DNA of 64,000 bases from Malacoraja senta. Its lineage: Eukaryota. Both the position numbers and the translations under genes were made by a program. Every line of letters begins with the position of its first letter. Positions within the stretch are counted from its first letter, which is position 1. Shown here in pieces: positions 63,546 through 64,000 of this stretch. Under the pieces are notes generated by a model. It was not told the DNA's origin. It did not search any database and was given only the letters and a program-made list of their open reading frames with translations. The stretch lies in NCBI GenBank assembly GCA_038087875.1, contig CM075988.1:22694001-22758000 (forward strand), written 5' to 3'.

Positions 63546-64000
63546 TGACATAAAAAAAATACAATGTGGTTACGTGGCAGCTAATTGGGTATATAAAAGT
63601 GTTCACTTTTGCTTTAACTATGTTATTCCACTTCAAACATGATGTTTAGAACTGATGACTTTATAATTTGAGCCAGGCGTTTTGGGCTAATTATGCCCCT
63701 GCTTGTGACTGGTTTGGTTTGTTGATTTGCATCACATACTGATCTCAGTTTTGAAACTTTGAATCCAGTTAGTCTTAACCTTTTACGAAAAAAACAAAGT
63801 TTAAAAATCATTGATGTGAACAATTCATTTTATACATGTGCAGTTATACATGGACCTGAAATAAATACTGAAGTGGTTATAACATCTATATTCACCATAT
63901 ACATTGTAATTCTGCACTACATGTTGCATGGTTGGCTTACAGCATCATCTAATTTTAAATCACTGTAAAGCCATTCTCTTTCTTAGCCATTTACAGACAT

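Overview
64 kb of AT-rich vertebrate genomic DNA with no recognisable host protein-coding exon, so probably a large intron or gene desert. The repeat complement suggests a cartilaginous fish, probably a skate or ray (inference): HE1-like tRNA SINEs, HER1/CR1 3' ends, Rex/Babar LINEs and Penelope fragments. Mobile elements dominate: four Tc1 copies from three families, a hAT with an 8-bp TSD, Harbinger MITEs with TTA TSDs, four non-autonomous Helitrons, a 1.35-kb Gypsy deletion derivative with near-identical LTRs, L1 and Tx1 fragments, and two copies of a CpG-rich retroposon I could not assign to a family. The one RNA gene found is a tRNA-Pro(TGG) with a 16-nt insertion at the canonical intron position. 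Highlights are that tRNA, an L1 flanked by a 429-bp direct duplication, the mini-Gypsy, the CpG-rich retroposon, a nested Helitron pair and hammerhead-ribozyme cores in Penelope-derived repeats. Family names come from recalled motifs, not database searches, and boundaries of old repeats are approximate.
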